Source of the DNA: Octopus bimaculoides | Taxonomy: Eukaryota | Direction of reading: 5' to 3' | Assembly (NCBI RefSeq): GCF_001194135.2 | Contig: NC_068985.1 | Location: 99,166,413-99,230,412 of the forward strand | DNA length: 64,000 bases | Shown here: positions 1 to 11,779 of the stretch, piece by piece | Layout: every line of letters begins with the position of its first letter | How positions within the stretch are numbered: position 1 is the stretch's first letter | Translations under genes and position numbers: made by a program | Notes under the pieces: model-generated | What the model was told of the DNA's origin: nothing | Databases searched by the model: none | The model's input: only the letters and a program-made list of their open reading frames with translations

Positions 1-29
1 GCGCGCGCGCGCATTTGTGTTTGTGTGCA

Positions 30-300
30 AGCACATTAGCCTTTCGTAGTACGAGAAAGATGGATCTACAGTTTCTAGCTGAGCAACCTGTACAAATGAT
101 TTGCCGAAAGTGATCAAATGTATGAGCTGTTCATTAGTTCACTTCCTGCATCAAATGGGCGTTGCGTGATAGGGGGAAACGGCGTACCACACGTTGGGTT
201 TCGAAGTTATTGTAGAACAACGTAAGATGAATTGCTTTTCTCTAGGATCAACACGCCGCCCGTCCCAAGTATTAAAAGCACGATCACGCTGACCAGTAGT
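30..300 (-). mobile_element. Degenerate tRNA-derived SINE, family D
   Basis: Similar by eye to the copies at 17320, 55620 and 56165 (shared gtaccacacg, atcaaat..gcgt and caacgt.agatgaa..g.ttt segments). Confidence 0.45.
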
Positions 301-314
301 CTATACCCTGCTTG

Positions 315-568
315 TAGTCGAACAAATCGACCCCAGAACTTATTCTTTGTAAGCCTAGTACTTAATCTGTCGCTCTGTAGTGCCAAACCGCTATATTACG
401 GGGAAACAAGCACACCAACATCGGTTGTCAAGCGATGGAGCGTCTACCAAATGCATTCACAAGGCTTTATTCGGCCCGAAGCTATAGTAGAGGAGACACG
501 CAATGGGATTTAGGTCGGAACCATGTGGTTGAGAAGCAAGCTTCTTACTACACAGCCACTCCTGTGCC
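315..568 (-). mobile_element. tRNA-derived SINE family A (Octopus-type), internally deleted
   Basis: Reverse complement of the head aggagtggctgtgtagtaagaagcttgc and of the 3' body seen at 7531 and 44912. Confidence 0.8.
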
Positions 569-594
569 TATATAAATATATACACACAAACACA

Positions 595-641
<47 letters not shown>

Positions 642-820
642 GTATATCTATGTATATATATTTATTTGTATATGTATTTATACATACATATATATATATT
701 TATTTATATATTCATATATATATATTTATTTTTATATGTATATATATTTATATATATATATGTATATATTTATTTTTACATGCATATATATTTATATATA
801 TATTTATTTTTATATATGTA

Positions 821-2851
821 CTAGCAGTATAACCCGACCTTGTCCGGGTGTGACATATTATGCCATCTACGATAAGTCTTGCTAGCTGAAAATCAACTAA
901 AAAAGAAAGCCTTACAACGAAAAAACCCTTATGATGTAAATATGTTCATAATTCAAAAGACGATGAAATTAATAGGGAAAGTCTGAAGGCTGTTTTGCGT
1001 AAAATTATTAAGCATACGTAAATTTCATCCGTGTAATTGGCTATAGAAATGCTTGTGCAAAACAACTTTTTGCGCTGCCCTGATTATACATAGCAGGGTA
1101 ATCCCTTTTCACAGGAGCTAGGATGGCAATTTGTGATGAAGCAATTGCTGGCGATCTGTTGCTAAACAGTTTTGCCAGAGTTCTATCAGNNNNNNNNNNN
1201 NNNNNNNNNNNNNNNNNNNNNNNNNNNNNNNNNNNNNNNNNNNNNNNNNNNNNNNNNNNNNNNNNNNNNNNNNNNNNNNTCCATTATGTTCAAAGTAGCT
1301 ACTGGAATGTGGTGATTTGCTGCAGTCTGTGGCTGTCATTTTAAACCGGTTGCTGTCTTTCCCCAACAAACTCTCTTCTTTGGAGGCATAATCTATGTAT
1401 ATATTAAACAGAACAACAAAAGTTATAATAGATGGCAGGGTCGGTACTTTTCACATATCTGTAATTTTTCAGATTAACACCCGCACGATTACCCAACCCT
1501 AATCCTAAACCTAATCCTAACACTAACCCTAACCCTAACACTAACCCTAAACCCTAACCCTAACCCTAACCCTGACCCTAAAAAACGTAACCGTAACATT
1601 TATCCCAAACCCTAACCCTGACCCTAAAACCCTAACACTAACACCCTAGTGAAAATCGTGGTAAATTTACAAAACATGGACGAACATGAGTTATATTTTA
1701 CCGAATGTATGCTTTTGAGAGAGCGAGAGAGGAAGAGGTAGAGAGGGGGAGAGAAAGGAATAGGGGTAGTTAAAAGTTTTCTTATGACTGCTTCTCTTCA
1801 CTGCCTATTACNNNNNNNNNNNNNNNNNNNNNNNNNNNNNNNNNNNNNNNNNNNNNNNNNNNNNNNNNNNNNNNNNNNNNNNNNNNNNNNNNNNNNNNNN
1901 NNNNNNNNNNNNNNNNNNNNNNNNNNNNNNNNNNNNNNNNNNNNNNNNNNNNNNNNNNNNNNNNNNNNNNNNNNNNNNNNNNNNNNNNNNNNNNNNNNNN
2001 NNNNNNNNNNNNNNNNNNNNNNNNNNNNNNNNNNNNNNNNNNNNNNNNNNNNNNNNNNNNNNNNNNNNNNNNNNNNNNNNNNNNNNNNNNNNNNNNNNNN
2101 NNNNNNNNNNNNNNNNNNNNNNNNNNNNNNNNNNNNNNNNNNNNNNNNNNNNNNNNNNNNNNNNNNNNNNNNNNNNNNNNNNNNNNNNNNNNNNNNNNNN
2201 NNNNNNNNNNNNNNNNNNNNNNNNNNNNNNNNNNNNNNNNNNNNNNNNNNNNNNNNNNNNNNNNNNNNNNNNNNNNNNNNNNNNNNNNNNNNNNNNNNNN
2301 NNNNNNNNNNNNNNNNNNNNNNNNNNNNNNNNNNNNNNNNNNNNNNNNNNNNNNNNNNNNNNNNNNNNNNNNNNNNNNNNNNNNNNNNNNNNNNNNNNNN
2401 NNNNNNNNNNNNNNNNNNNNNNNNNNNNNNNNNNNNNNNNNNNNNNNNNNNNNNNNNNNNNNNNNNNNNNNNNNNNNNNNNNNNNNNNNNNNNNNNNNNN
2501 NNNNNNNNNNNNNNNNNNNNNNNNNNNNNNNNNNNNNNNNNNNNNNNNNNNNNNNNNNNNNNNNNNNNNNNNNNNNNNNNNNNNNNNNNNNNNNNNNNNN
2601 NNNNNNNNNNNNNNNNNNNNNNNNNNNNNNNNNNNNNNNNNNNATAAAAGTTGCTAGAAACAACAGCCAAATCTCCCTTAAATCACACAAAGTAAACGGA
2701 ATTTTAAAAATCAAATTACTGCACTGGAAAGTTCACATCGAGAAAATTCCATTGATGTAAAATTTTTTACGAAAATGTGGAAAATGTGGATTTCTATAAA
2801 CATTCAAAAAGGCTTCACACAAACACACAATTTCAGATTTATATATTAAGA
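821..2851 (-). mobile_element. Non-autonomous Helitron with both termini (two internal gaps)
   Basis: Minus strand starts A|TCTTAATATATAAA (2851). It ends with the hairpin ACCCGGACAAGGTCGGGT (849-832), 7 nt, then CTAG|T (824-821). This is the canonical TC...hairpin-CTRR structure at an A|T site, with no TSD. Confidence 0.7.
1492..1648 (+). repeat. Degenerate interstitial telomere-like array (CCCTAA)n
   Basis: CCCTAA units mixed with CACTAA, TCCTAA, CCCTGA and CCCTAAA variants. Confidence 0.85.
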
Positions 2852-3367
2852 TATATATATATTTATTTTCCATATATGTATATATATATATATATATATA
2901 AGCATATAAACTGCAGAGTTAAAATTTAATCGAATAGCAGTACTGTTGCCGTGGCACATTGATATATTACATTCAATATAAGCTTCCGAAAGAGGAAGAT
3001 GGACGGGTAGAAAATTATTAATGAAAAGTACGGCACAATAAATCTATCAATGTTAGCCATTTAATGTGTTTCTCTGCTGCATTTTATACTGATTGTGATC
3101 AACATTAAAATAAAGACCGCTCTCCTTGGTTAGTTGTTTAGGCGATTTAATCTCATGTACACATAAAACCAGGTCTATAATATAATATAACTATTTGTTT
3201 TTTATTATTCTTTTGTCTCTAAATCTTCAGCCTGTTGATATCAGTCATTTGAAAATGGTTTCCATTATACAGAATATTTCTTCATTGATAGTCACACACG
3301 TGCACAAGCCCACACACTCGCACACATACACACACACACGCTCACACACGTGTGAATATGTGTGTGT

Positions 3368-3419
<52 letters not shown>

Positions 3420-5124
3420 ATATATACATATATATATGTGTGTGTGTGGGTGTGTGGGTGTATCACTTACATATATATATATATTTATAAATTACACACA
3501 CATATATATATAACTTACGTATATATATATATATATATATATGCATACACACACATATACACGTATTACTTACGCACACACGCACGCACATATACATATG
3601 TATATATGATTATTTACTTTCCCATACACACATACAAGCATGTACAAATAAATCTGTATATATCTTATGCTTTTGTATGGAAATCTGTATAGATAGTCCA
3701 TTCATTTTTTTTTTAAGGAAAAACTTTTCTCAGATTGAAGCAAACATTCGGAATAAAAATATATTTACACACAGCAGGAAACTTATTTAAGAAGATTGGC
3801 CAAGATCGCTAAAGGGATATTAGCAGATAATATTGTGTACAGGAGGAAATAATGAAAAACAAATCAAGATTGGAAAAGAAGGGTTGTAAGTGCGAGAAAT
3901 ATGAAGGAATACAAAAGAATTGCATTTTCTTGAAAGTAACTGGATTAGAAATACCTGGAAGATGGAATTAGCGAATGGATATTTCTTCTTTGAAGGGAAG
4001 CAAAAAAAATGCACGCTGGAAGCTTTCTGTAGGAAGAAAGGCAATGTCTAGAAAATAGTCATGATTCTTGGATAAAATTCTATGAGAAGTTTATATAATA
4101 ACTAAAGTTAAAAAACTGATGTATTAGCAAAAAAGAAAATTGTTGAACAGCAAAGCTAGAAAGTCGAATATTTTAATACTTTAAGATAGAAAGGTTTCAG
4201 GTGGTTAACGTGCTACGTACATATATCAATAAAAACGATTGATACAAATATGGAAATGCGGGATCGAATGGAAGCTACCATTATAGAGAGTAAGAATAAA
4301 TGGCCTGGAAGCGTTGCTAGACGTATGCAGGTTACGAAGTGAAGATATATCGTTACTTTATTATGAAGGAATATAATTATAGAGAAACACGTTTACTTTA
4401 CAATTAAATTTGGAAATAATGTATTAGTTGAAGCATTTTCGTAAATCACCAACGTATAATAATGTATTCATGCTTTTTGCTGCTTCGGTGAAACTAAGGG
4501 AGTTTTGAGGAAAGCGTAGAGAATATTAAATCCTATTAAAGAAAGAAATATTCTCAAGGAAGAGAACATGACATGATGGAATATTTCCAAATAGTATTCC
4601 CTAAATGACTAGAGCTACATGGAGAAATATGCCATTAAAATTTTCTTTCTTAGCGAATCCAAAGATCGCTAGTGAAAGGATTAGTTGGGGTGCGATGTGG
4701 TCGGTCTCTTCTTGGCGCCTTTAACATAGTCGACTCTAGAGGAAAAGAGAGAAAGAAAGAGGGGGAAGACAGTGCCATTACATGATATATTGACTACGTA
4801 ATATCCAGGAAAACCTTTGGGAACATTTAGAAAATCCGCAGATATCCTGTAATCAGAAGAAAGAAAGACACGAATGCAAAGTAATGATCTTAGCTGTCAT
4901 CATTAGATGTTTAGGTGGATGTTTTACAGCTGGTTATTAAGAGACGAAAATGTTGCAAGCAGAAGGGAAATAAACACTAGTAAAAGAAATAAAACGACGG
5001 AAACAGTTTGTAAATCATGAGAGAATGTGAACTACAAATGAAACGAATAAAGATTATCAATATTAATAGCGGTGTCCAACACTAATGACGTTAATCATAA
5101 TAGTATCTAACACAAACATATTGC

Positions 5125-5302
5125 TAGAAATTAGTGGAGGAGGTTAGCTGGTTGATTTCACTCCACTCTTTGACGGCACATTAATTTATCGACTCCGAAA
5201 TAATGAAGAGGATAGTTAATCTCTGTGATATTTGAACTCATAACGTAAAATCTGTAATTAACTGCTTCAAGGCATTTTATCCGACGCTTTAACGATCCTG
5301 TC
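5125..5302 (-). mobile_element. SINE family B, old copy
   Basis: ttaatttatcgactccgaaa...tttgaactca..acgtaaa matches the reverse of the family B core. Confidence 0.6.
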
Positions 5303-5429
5303 TAAGAAAAATCGAAAAAATATACTAGAGTCAAGCTTGGGAATTGAAACACAGCTATGAAATTTTCATTCAACGGAAAAATATTGTGGATTCTGATGAA
5401 CAGCGGATCCACAGCTGATAGCAAGTATT

Positions 5430-5640
5430 ACGGTTGAAAGAGGAGACTGACTACCTGATAACTGCAGTTCAGCATTATTGAATACCAGTTATACAACACC
5501 AGTAGAATATGTTAAGTAGCACACTAAACCAGAATGTCAAATACGCACTTGGGTTGATGAGGATGGTGGTCACATGCCGCTTTGATGCCCTCTTGATGTA
5601 ATATATTAGAAGATATAACGGAATTGTTACCTAGCTAAAG
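5430..5640 (+). pseudogene. Possible decayed RLE-LINE C-terminal region
   Basis: EETDYLITAVQH resembles ETEGxIxAAQDQ, and YIRRYNGIV resembles YxxRHxxV. Heavily disrupted. Confidence 0.3.
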
Positions 5641-5769
5641 GAAAGGATACGCAAATTACAGCAACATTAGTCCTATACCAGGACTGCCATGTTATGTTGG
5701 CAAACAATCTTTACTACAAAGTACTGTTACTGAATATCTCACGTTGTGAGATTTAAAAATAGTAATTTC

Positions 5770-5844
<75 letters not shown>

Positions 5845-6039
5845 GAACGCTTACGTGTATGTGTATGTGTGTGTGTGTGTGTGTGTATAACGTTATGGTA
5901 TAATCTTTCATACGTATAGCACAAATGGAAAAGATGAAGAAAACTAAGAGGAAATGGTAAAAGTCGCTGAAGAAAAGTAACCTCGCTTGGTGAAGATATA
6001 AGATGTACGAAGATTTATAACGGAAGTTTCCTGGGTGTT

Positions 6040-6500
6040 AGTTTGTCCTCTTCATTTTAGCATTAGGCGTCATATCATTTATATTATTACTAAGGAAGAC
6101 ACGCATGAAACCAATAATATATTTATATATGAACTGCAGCTGTTTACAAAGAAGAAAAATCGAAGAGACTGCTTGGAGCAAACTACTGTCTACTAAAGAC
6201 ATTGCGATGTAATTTAGGATTAAAATACGTTGAATATTGATAATAAAGAGAAAGAAAATCGACGAAACGAATGGGATTCAATTACTAACAAAAGAAATTA
6301 TAACATTTGTCACTAAGGTCTATAAATTATGAGATATAATGGAGTTAGTCAAGAAAAAGGAAATTAGAATAAAGGAAATTTTGGAAAGAAATAATTTAAG
6401 AGATCGAATCAATGCTAGGTTTGAGTCTGTTATGAGAAGGTTAAATTTATGCTAAATGGGAAAAATAAAACTTTGCCAATACTACAAGGACAATATTTCT
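6040..6500 (+). pseudogene. Decayed reverse transcriptase of an R4/Dong-type LINE
   Basis: Motifs in the expected order: NNIFIYELQLFTK (cf. NHLLYMDDLKLFAK), STKDIAM*FRIK (cf. FSxDIxMxFGxxK), IKRKK..GIQL, LNGKNK. Confidence 0.6.
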
Positions 6501-6736
6501 ATCGAACAATTGTGAAAAGAATAATATATTTACTTGAATTGGCAAAGAAGAGAAAATAGCATTGAGTGAAGCATCGCATTCCAGAAATGATGCAGATAAG
6601 GTTTGCTCACTCTGTGCAAAAAGAGGGACATTGAATAGGGTTTAAAATATATACACAGCGGCAAAGAAATAGCGAAGTATGTTTTGCAAGAAACAATATG
6701 GAGATCGTTGTTGCAACAGGTAAAACGTATTAGAAT

Positions 6737-6953
6737 ATTCTTTTCTACTCTAGGCACAAGGCCCGACATTTATGGAAAGGGGGTCAGCTGATGAGATCGA
6801 CCTCAGTACGGAACTGGTACTTAATCTATCGATCTCGAAAGGATGAAAGGCAAATTAGACCTCGGCGGAATTTGAACTGAGAACGTAAAGACAGACGAAA
6901 TACCTCGAAACTTTTCGCCCGGCGTGCTAACGTTTCTGCCAGCTCACCGCCTT
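6737..6953 (-). mobile_element. SINE family B (short-tail form)
   Basis: Head ggcggtgagctggcagaaacgttagcacgccggg, B-box gttctcagttcaaattcc, core and tail ggccttgtgcctagagtagaaaag. Confidence 0.85.
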
Positions 6954-7880
6954 ATATGTATAAGAATATGAAAGACTAATAGGTGTATACACACACACAC
7001 ACACACACACACGCACGCTCAATGTCAGAATGTCGTNNNNNNNNNNNNNNNNNNNNNNNNNNNNNNNNNNNNNNNNNNNNNNNNNNNNNNNNNNNNNNNN
7101 NNNNNNNNNNNNNNNNNNNNNNNNNNNNNNNNNNNNNNNNNNNNNNNNNNNNNNNNNNNNNNNNNNNNNNNNNNNNNNNNNNNNNNNNNNNNNNNNNNNN
7201 NNNNNNNNNNNNNNNNNNNNNNNNNNNNNNNNNNNNNNNNNNNNNNNNNNNNNNNNNNNNNNNNNNNNNNNNNNNNNNNNNNNNNNNNNNNNNNNNNNNN
7301 NNNNNNNNNNNNNNNNNNNNNNNNNNNNNNNNNNNNNNNNNNNNNNNNNNNNNNNNNNNNNNNNNNNNNNNNNNNNNNNNNNNNNNNNNNNNNNNNNNNN
7401 NNNNNNNNNNNNNNNNNNNNNNNNNNNNNNNNNNNNNNNNNNNNNNNNNNNNNNNNNNNNNNNNNNNNNNNNNNNNNNNNNNNNNNNNNNNNNNNNNNNN
7501 NNNNNNNNNNNNNNNNNNNNNNNNNATATGAGGAGTGGCTGTGTGGTAAGTAGCTTACTTACCAACCACATGGTTCCGGGTTCAGTTCCACTGCGTGGCA
7601 CCTTGGGCAAGTGTCTTTTACTATAGCCTTGGGCCGACCAAACCTCTGTGAGTAGATTTAGTAGACGGAAACTGAAAGAAGCCCGTCGTATATATGTATA
7701 TGTATATATATATATGTGTGTGTGTTTGTCTGTTTGTCCCCCCAACATCGCTTGGTAACCGATGCTGGTGTGCTTACATCTCCTTATTCTAGCGGTTCGG
7801 TTAAAGAGACCGATTGAATAAATACTAGAATTTCAAAGAATAAGTCCTGGGGCAGATTTGCTCGACTAAATGCGACGCTC

Positions 7881-8523
7881 GGATCTTGTTCAAAACGGGG
7901 GCACCAGTTTTCATTAATGTTTTATGTAGTGTTTTTGGTACCGAAAGACTTTCAAACTTCGTATACTTATCTATTTTGTGTTATAGAACACAAAAAAATT
8001 TTTGTATTCGAATTTATTTCATGTAAAAAATTGTCTTATTTCGATAATTTCAACCAATCACTGACAGGTATTCAGCTGTTTATACTTACTGCTTTGGCAG
8101 TTTAAGCGGTGTAAAGCGTATTTAATCTCCATTTATAATTTCGTTAACATCTGCCTGAACTGTATGAAAGGTTTATTAGCTACTGCCTAACCCTAACCCT
8201 AACCCTAACCCTAACCCTAACCCTACTGCCAATATGCTTCAGCCATTTTTTGACAAGGAAATAATAATTTTATCACCGCGAGAATCGTTTGAGAATCGTT
8301 TGTTTACGTAGTCAGCACTTAATGTAGTCGGCTGAATGGACGTCAGTCATTGGTTGAAATTACAGAAATACGACAACTTTAACATGAAATAACTTGCGAT
8401 GTACGTTTTTTTGTTAAGAAGACTAACAGAAAAAGATGTTTTATATGACACATTCTACCAGTGTCCCAAGTTTCAAAGTGTTTCGTTAAGAATATACTAG
8501 TTCCCCCATTTTGAACAAGATCC
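7881..8523. mobile_element. 643-bp MITE with GG...CC termini and 8-bp TSD (Merlin-like)
   Basis: TIRs GGATCTTGTTCAAAACGGGGGCACCAGT and ACTAGTTCCCCCATTTTGAACAAGATCC. Flanks CGACGCTC (7873-7880) and CGATACTC (8524-8531). Additional internal inverted segments. Confidence 0.8.
8186..8225 (+). repeat. Perfect telomeric (CCCTAA) array, 5 full plus 2 partial units
   Basis: Seen directly; flanked by the direct repeat CTACTGCC at 8180-8187 and 8223-8230. Confidence 0.95.
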
Positions 8524-8964
8524 CGATACTCCAGCATAGCCGCAGTCAAATGACTGAAACAAGCAAAAGAGTAAAAGGGTATGTATATATATATATACTT
8601 TGTATACATACATGTAGACACACATACACACACACACGTGTGTGTGTATACGTATGGTGTGTATAAGAATGCTCTGGTTCCTGATTTAAAACTCTCAGCC
8701 AGACAAACAAAAGTCGCCCTTTATCCCCAGAGACCTGCTCTCTGTACCACTTAACGCTGACTGGCTTCTTTGATAGCAATGCCAAATACGTATGGCTATG
8801 CGTGTGTACTTACAAATATATGTGGGACAGTGGTCATTCTGCTGGTCGAACCCCCAGAGAATACTAAGTGGAAAAGTAATCTTCTAAGACCATAAATACG
8901 TACAGACATTTGTGTACATCTATGTATGTGTGTATTTAAATGGGTTGTATATGTATAAATATAA

Positions 8965-9002
<38 letters not shown>

Positions 9003-9489
9003 CTGTGTGCCTTTTTGCGATACACACACATATATATTGATATGCATCACACACAGACACATATATATCGGTATGAATTACACACACACACACAAACATA
9101 TCTCGGTATGTATCACACACACACACAGTATGTATGTAAATATAAATATACAGAGAGAGAGAGAGGGGGGGGAGAGAGAGAGAGAGGGGGAAAGAGAGAT
9201 AGAGAGAGAGAGAGACAGAGAGAAAGAGAGAGATACAGAGACACAATGAGGGGAGAGAGAAAGAAAGAGACAGCGAGTAATTATTAAACAAATCATTTCT
9301 TTTTTAAACAAATACGATCTTGACTTCAATGTACTTGGCACAGATATTATTTCGAGTATGTAGGTTTAGTTCTGCAACTCAGAGTGAAGGTAAGAAATTC
9401 TTCATATCTACGATAATTTGGTATTTTGACATTTAATCTAAGTAAAGAAATTTACAATTATTTTAATGTATTTCATGAATGCGTTGTTG

Positions 9490-9692
9490 GTTTCAAATTT
9501 TGGCAGAAGACCAGCGATTTTGGGGAAGGGCTACGTCGATTAAATCAACCTCAGTGTGTAACTGGTATTGATGTTATCGACCCAGCAAAGATCAAAGGCA
9601 AAGTCGACCTCGTCGGAATTTGAACTCAGGACGTAAAGACAAACGAAATACCGTTAAGCATTTCTCCCGGCGTGATAACGTTTCTATAAGAT
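9490..9692 (-). mobile_element. SINE family B (short-tail form)
   Basis: Core gtcgacctcgtcggaatttgaactcaggacgtaaagac. Confidence 0.8.
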
Positions 9693-9703
9693 CGTTATCC
9701 GAT

Positions 9704-9949
9704 AACTAACGTTTCTTATTTCTTTATTGCCCACAAGGGGCTAAACAAAGAGGGGACAAACAAGGATAGACAAAGGGATTAAGTCGATTACATCGACCCC
9801 AGTGCGTAACTGGTCCTTAATTTATCGACTCCGAAAGGATGAAAGGCAAAGTGGACCTCGGCGGAATTTGAACTCAGAACGTGACGGCAGATGAAATACC
9901 TCTAACCATTTCGGCCGGCGTGCTAACGTTTCTGCTAGCTCACCGCCTT
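9704..9949 (-). mobile_element. SINE family B (long-tail form), full length
   Basis: Near-identical to 48820-49030 in reverse, including the tail ccccttgtgggcaataaagaaataag. Confidence 0.9.
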
Positions 9950-9969
9950 CGATGACGCTAATAATGGTG

Positions 9970-9988
9970 ATAATAAAGATGCTGATGG

Positions 9989-10057
<69 letters not shown>

Positions 10058-10132
10058 CGATGATGATGATGATGATGACGACGACGATGGTGATGATGAT
10101 GATGATGATGTTGATGATGATGATGATGATGT

Positions 10133-10166
<34 letters not shown>

Positions 10167-10252
10167 GAGTGTTATTCCAACGAGGCAGAGGTGGAGGTGG
10201 AGCTGAAGGAAGAGGAAGGAGAGATTATGAATGTCTGCGTTGTGTGCTGAGA

Positions 10253-10290
<38 letters not shown>

Positions 10291-10469
10291 AAGAACTTGA
10301 CCTGTGAAAGAGGATACGAGGATACACGCAAACACACTCACACACATACACACACACGCACACGGACTCACACACAGAGACACACAGATACACAGACACG
10401 GAAGATCATATTCATGAGAACAATGGTGTTCCTCACTTTGATGATGATGATCAAAATGATTACGGTGAA

Positions 10470-10534
<65 letters not shown>

Positions 10535-10747
10535 CGATGATGATGATAATGATGATGATGATGATGGTAACGACCACAGGGATATTAAAGGCAAACTTGT
10601 CTGCGCTGAAATGCTAATGATGGCTTGGATAGTCGATTAAGCGAGACAAAAATGATGACGACGACGACGACGACGATAATGGTAACAATAAAGAGGAGGA
10701 GAGGAGGGTGGTGGTGATGAGCCACGTATTGCTGACTTTGATGATGT

Positions 10748-10785
<38 letters not shown>

Positions 10786-11167
10786 ATAATCATGATGTTA
10801 ATGTCTACGATGACGATTATGATGATGCTGATGTGATGATGATGTTCATGATGATGATGATGTTTGCAATACGATGCAAAATAAGAAAAAAAAAAAGGAG
10901 AAACGAAAAGAAACTAGTGAAGGTAGGACTACGATAATATTGATCCCTATATAAGTAGAAGGGGACAGTTTTTGGGGTGTACTTGAGAGTTACTCTAATT
11001 TTTTCGATCACATGGAAAATAAAAGAAAGAATCGACGGAGGCACAATTTGAACTCAGAACCCGAATAGGCGTAACAGTTAAACCGCGAGCCATTGTGCTT
11101 GCTGTTCTACACAATATCAAATATGAGTGGGATGAAGACGACGACGACGACGACGATGACGAGGAAA

Positions 11168-11241
<74 letters not shown>
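9970..11241 (+). repeat. Cluster of (GAT)n/(GAC)n arrays with interleaved CA/TA tracts
   Basis: Arrays at about 9970-10165, 10440-10570, 10740-10862 and 11135-11241. Confidence 0.9.
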
Positions 11242-11306
11242 AAATGGTGGTAATGGTTTATGTCAGACGTGTGTTACTATATGTATATGTATATATATAT
11301 ATATAA

Positions 11307-11345
<39 letters not shown>

Positions 11346-11357
11346 TACATATATATG

Positions 11358-11388
<31 letters not shown>

Positions 11389-11419
11389 ATGTATGTATAT
11401 ATATATGTATATATATATG

Positions 11420-11481
<62 letters not shown>

Positions 11482-11779
11482 TACGTTTGTATGTATCTGC
11501 ATATTCGCTGATATTAGATCATCTGAAGATAGAATGTTATGGGAAATAAATGTAGAAGCAGTCACTGGCGCCCAAGTGCCTGTTGTGCATTTTGTAGCCA
11601 AACACATCTTATTATTTTATTGTGTCTTCCAAACATGACTATAAAATAAAAACTAGCATAGCAAAATACGAAATGGAATCTATAATATCCTATAATTTTA
11701 TATCTATGATATCCGCTAGAAAATGAAATTACACAGCGGATTAATATTGGAATTGAAGTGGCGAATGTATTGAGTCGGT

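Larger units (their letters stand above)
7531..8577 (+). mobile_element. SINE family A, interrupted by a MITE
   Basis: Complete head and body at 7531-7880. The SINE resumes at 8524 (ctccagcatagccgcagtcaaatgactgaaac) and ends in a gtaaaaga-type tail. Confidence 0.9.

Noticed and set aside
3780-4400. Purine-rich stretch with faint RTE-like phrases (KNKWPGSVARR)
   Set aside because: Too degraded to support by eye; it would need a profile-HMM search.
5392-5425. Hammerhead-like CTGATGA-A-CAGC...GCTG
   Set aside because: No GAAA follows the stem and there is no stem I. The other CTGATGA hits (12021, 18524, 24393, 33272) also lack the second core box.
1492-8225. CCCTAA arrays as a true telomere
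   Set aside because: They are short, internal and embedded in mobile elements, with ordinary sequence on both sides.
7873-8531. CG versus TA differences between TSD copies as a double CpG-deamination signature
   Set aside because: The intact SINE at 45541 has TG at this position, so one ordinary substitution per copy explains the pattern.
9822-11638. Long poly-Met, poly-Ile, poly-Asp and YI/HT/CV ORFs (also throughout the track)
   Set aside because: They are translations of (GAT)n, (TA)n and (CA)n microsatellites with no coding complexity.
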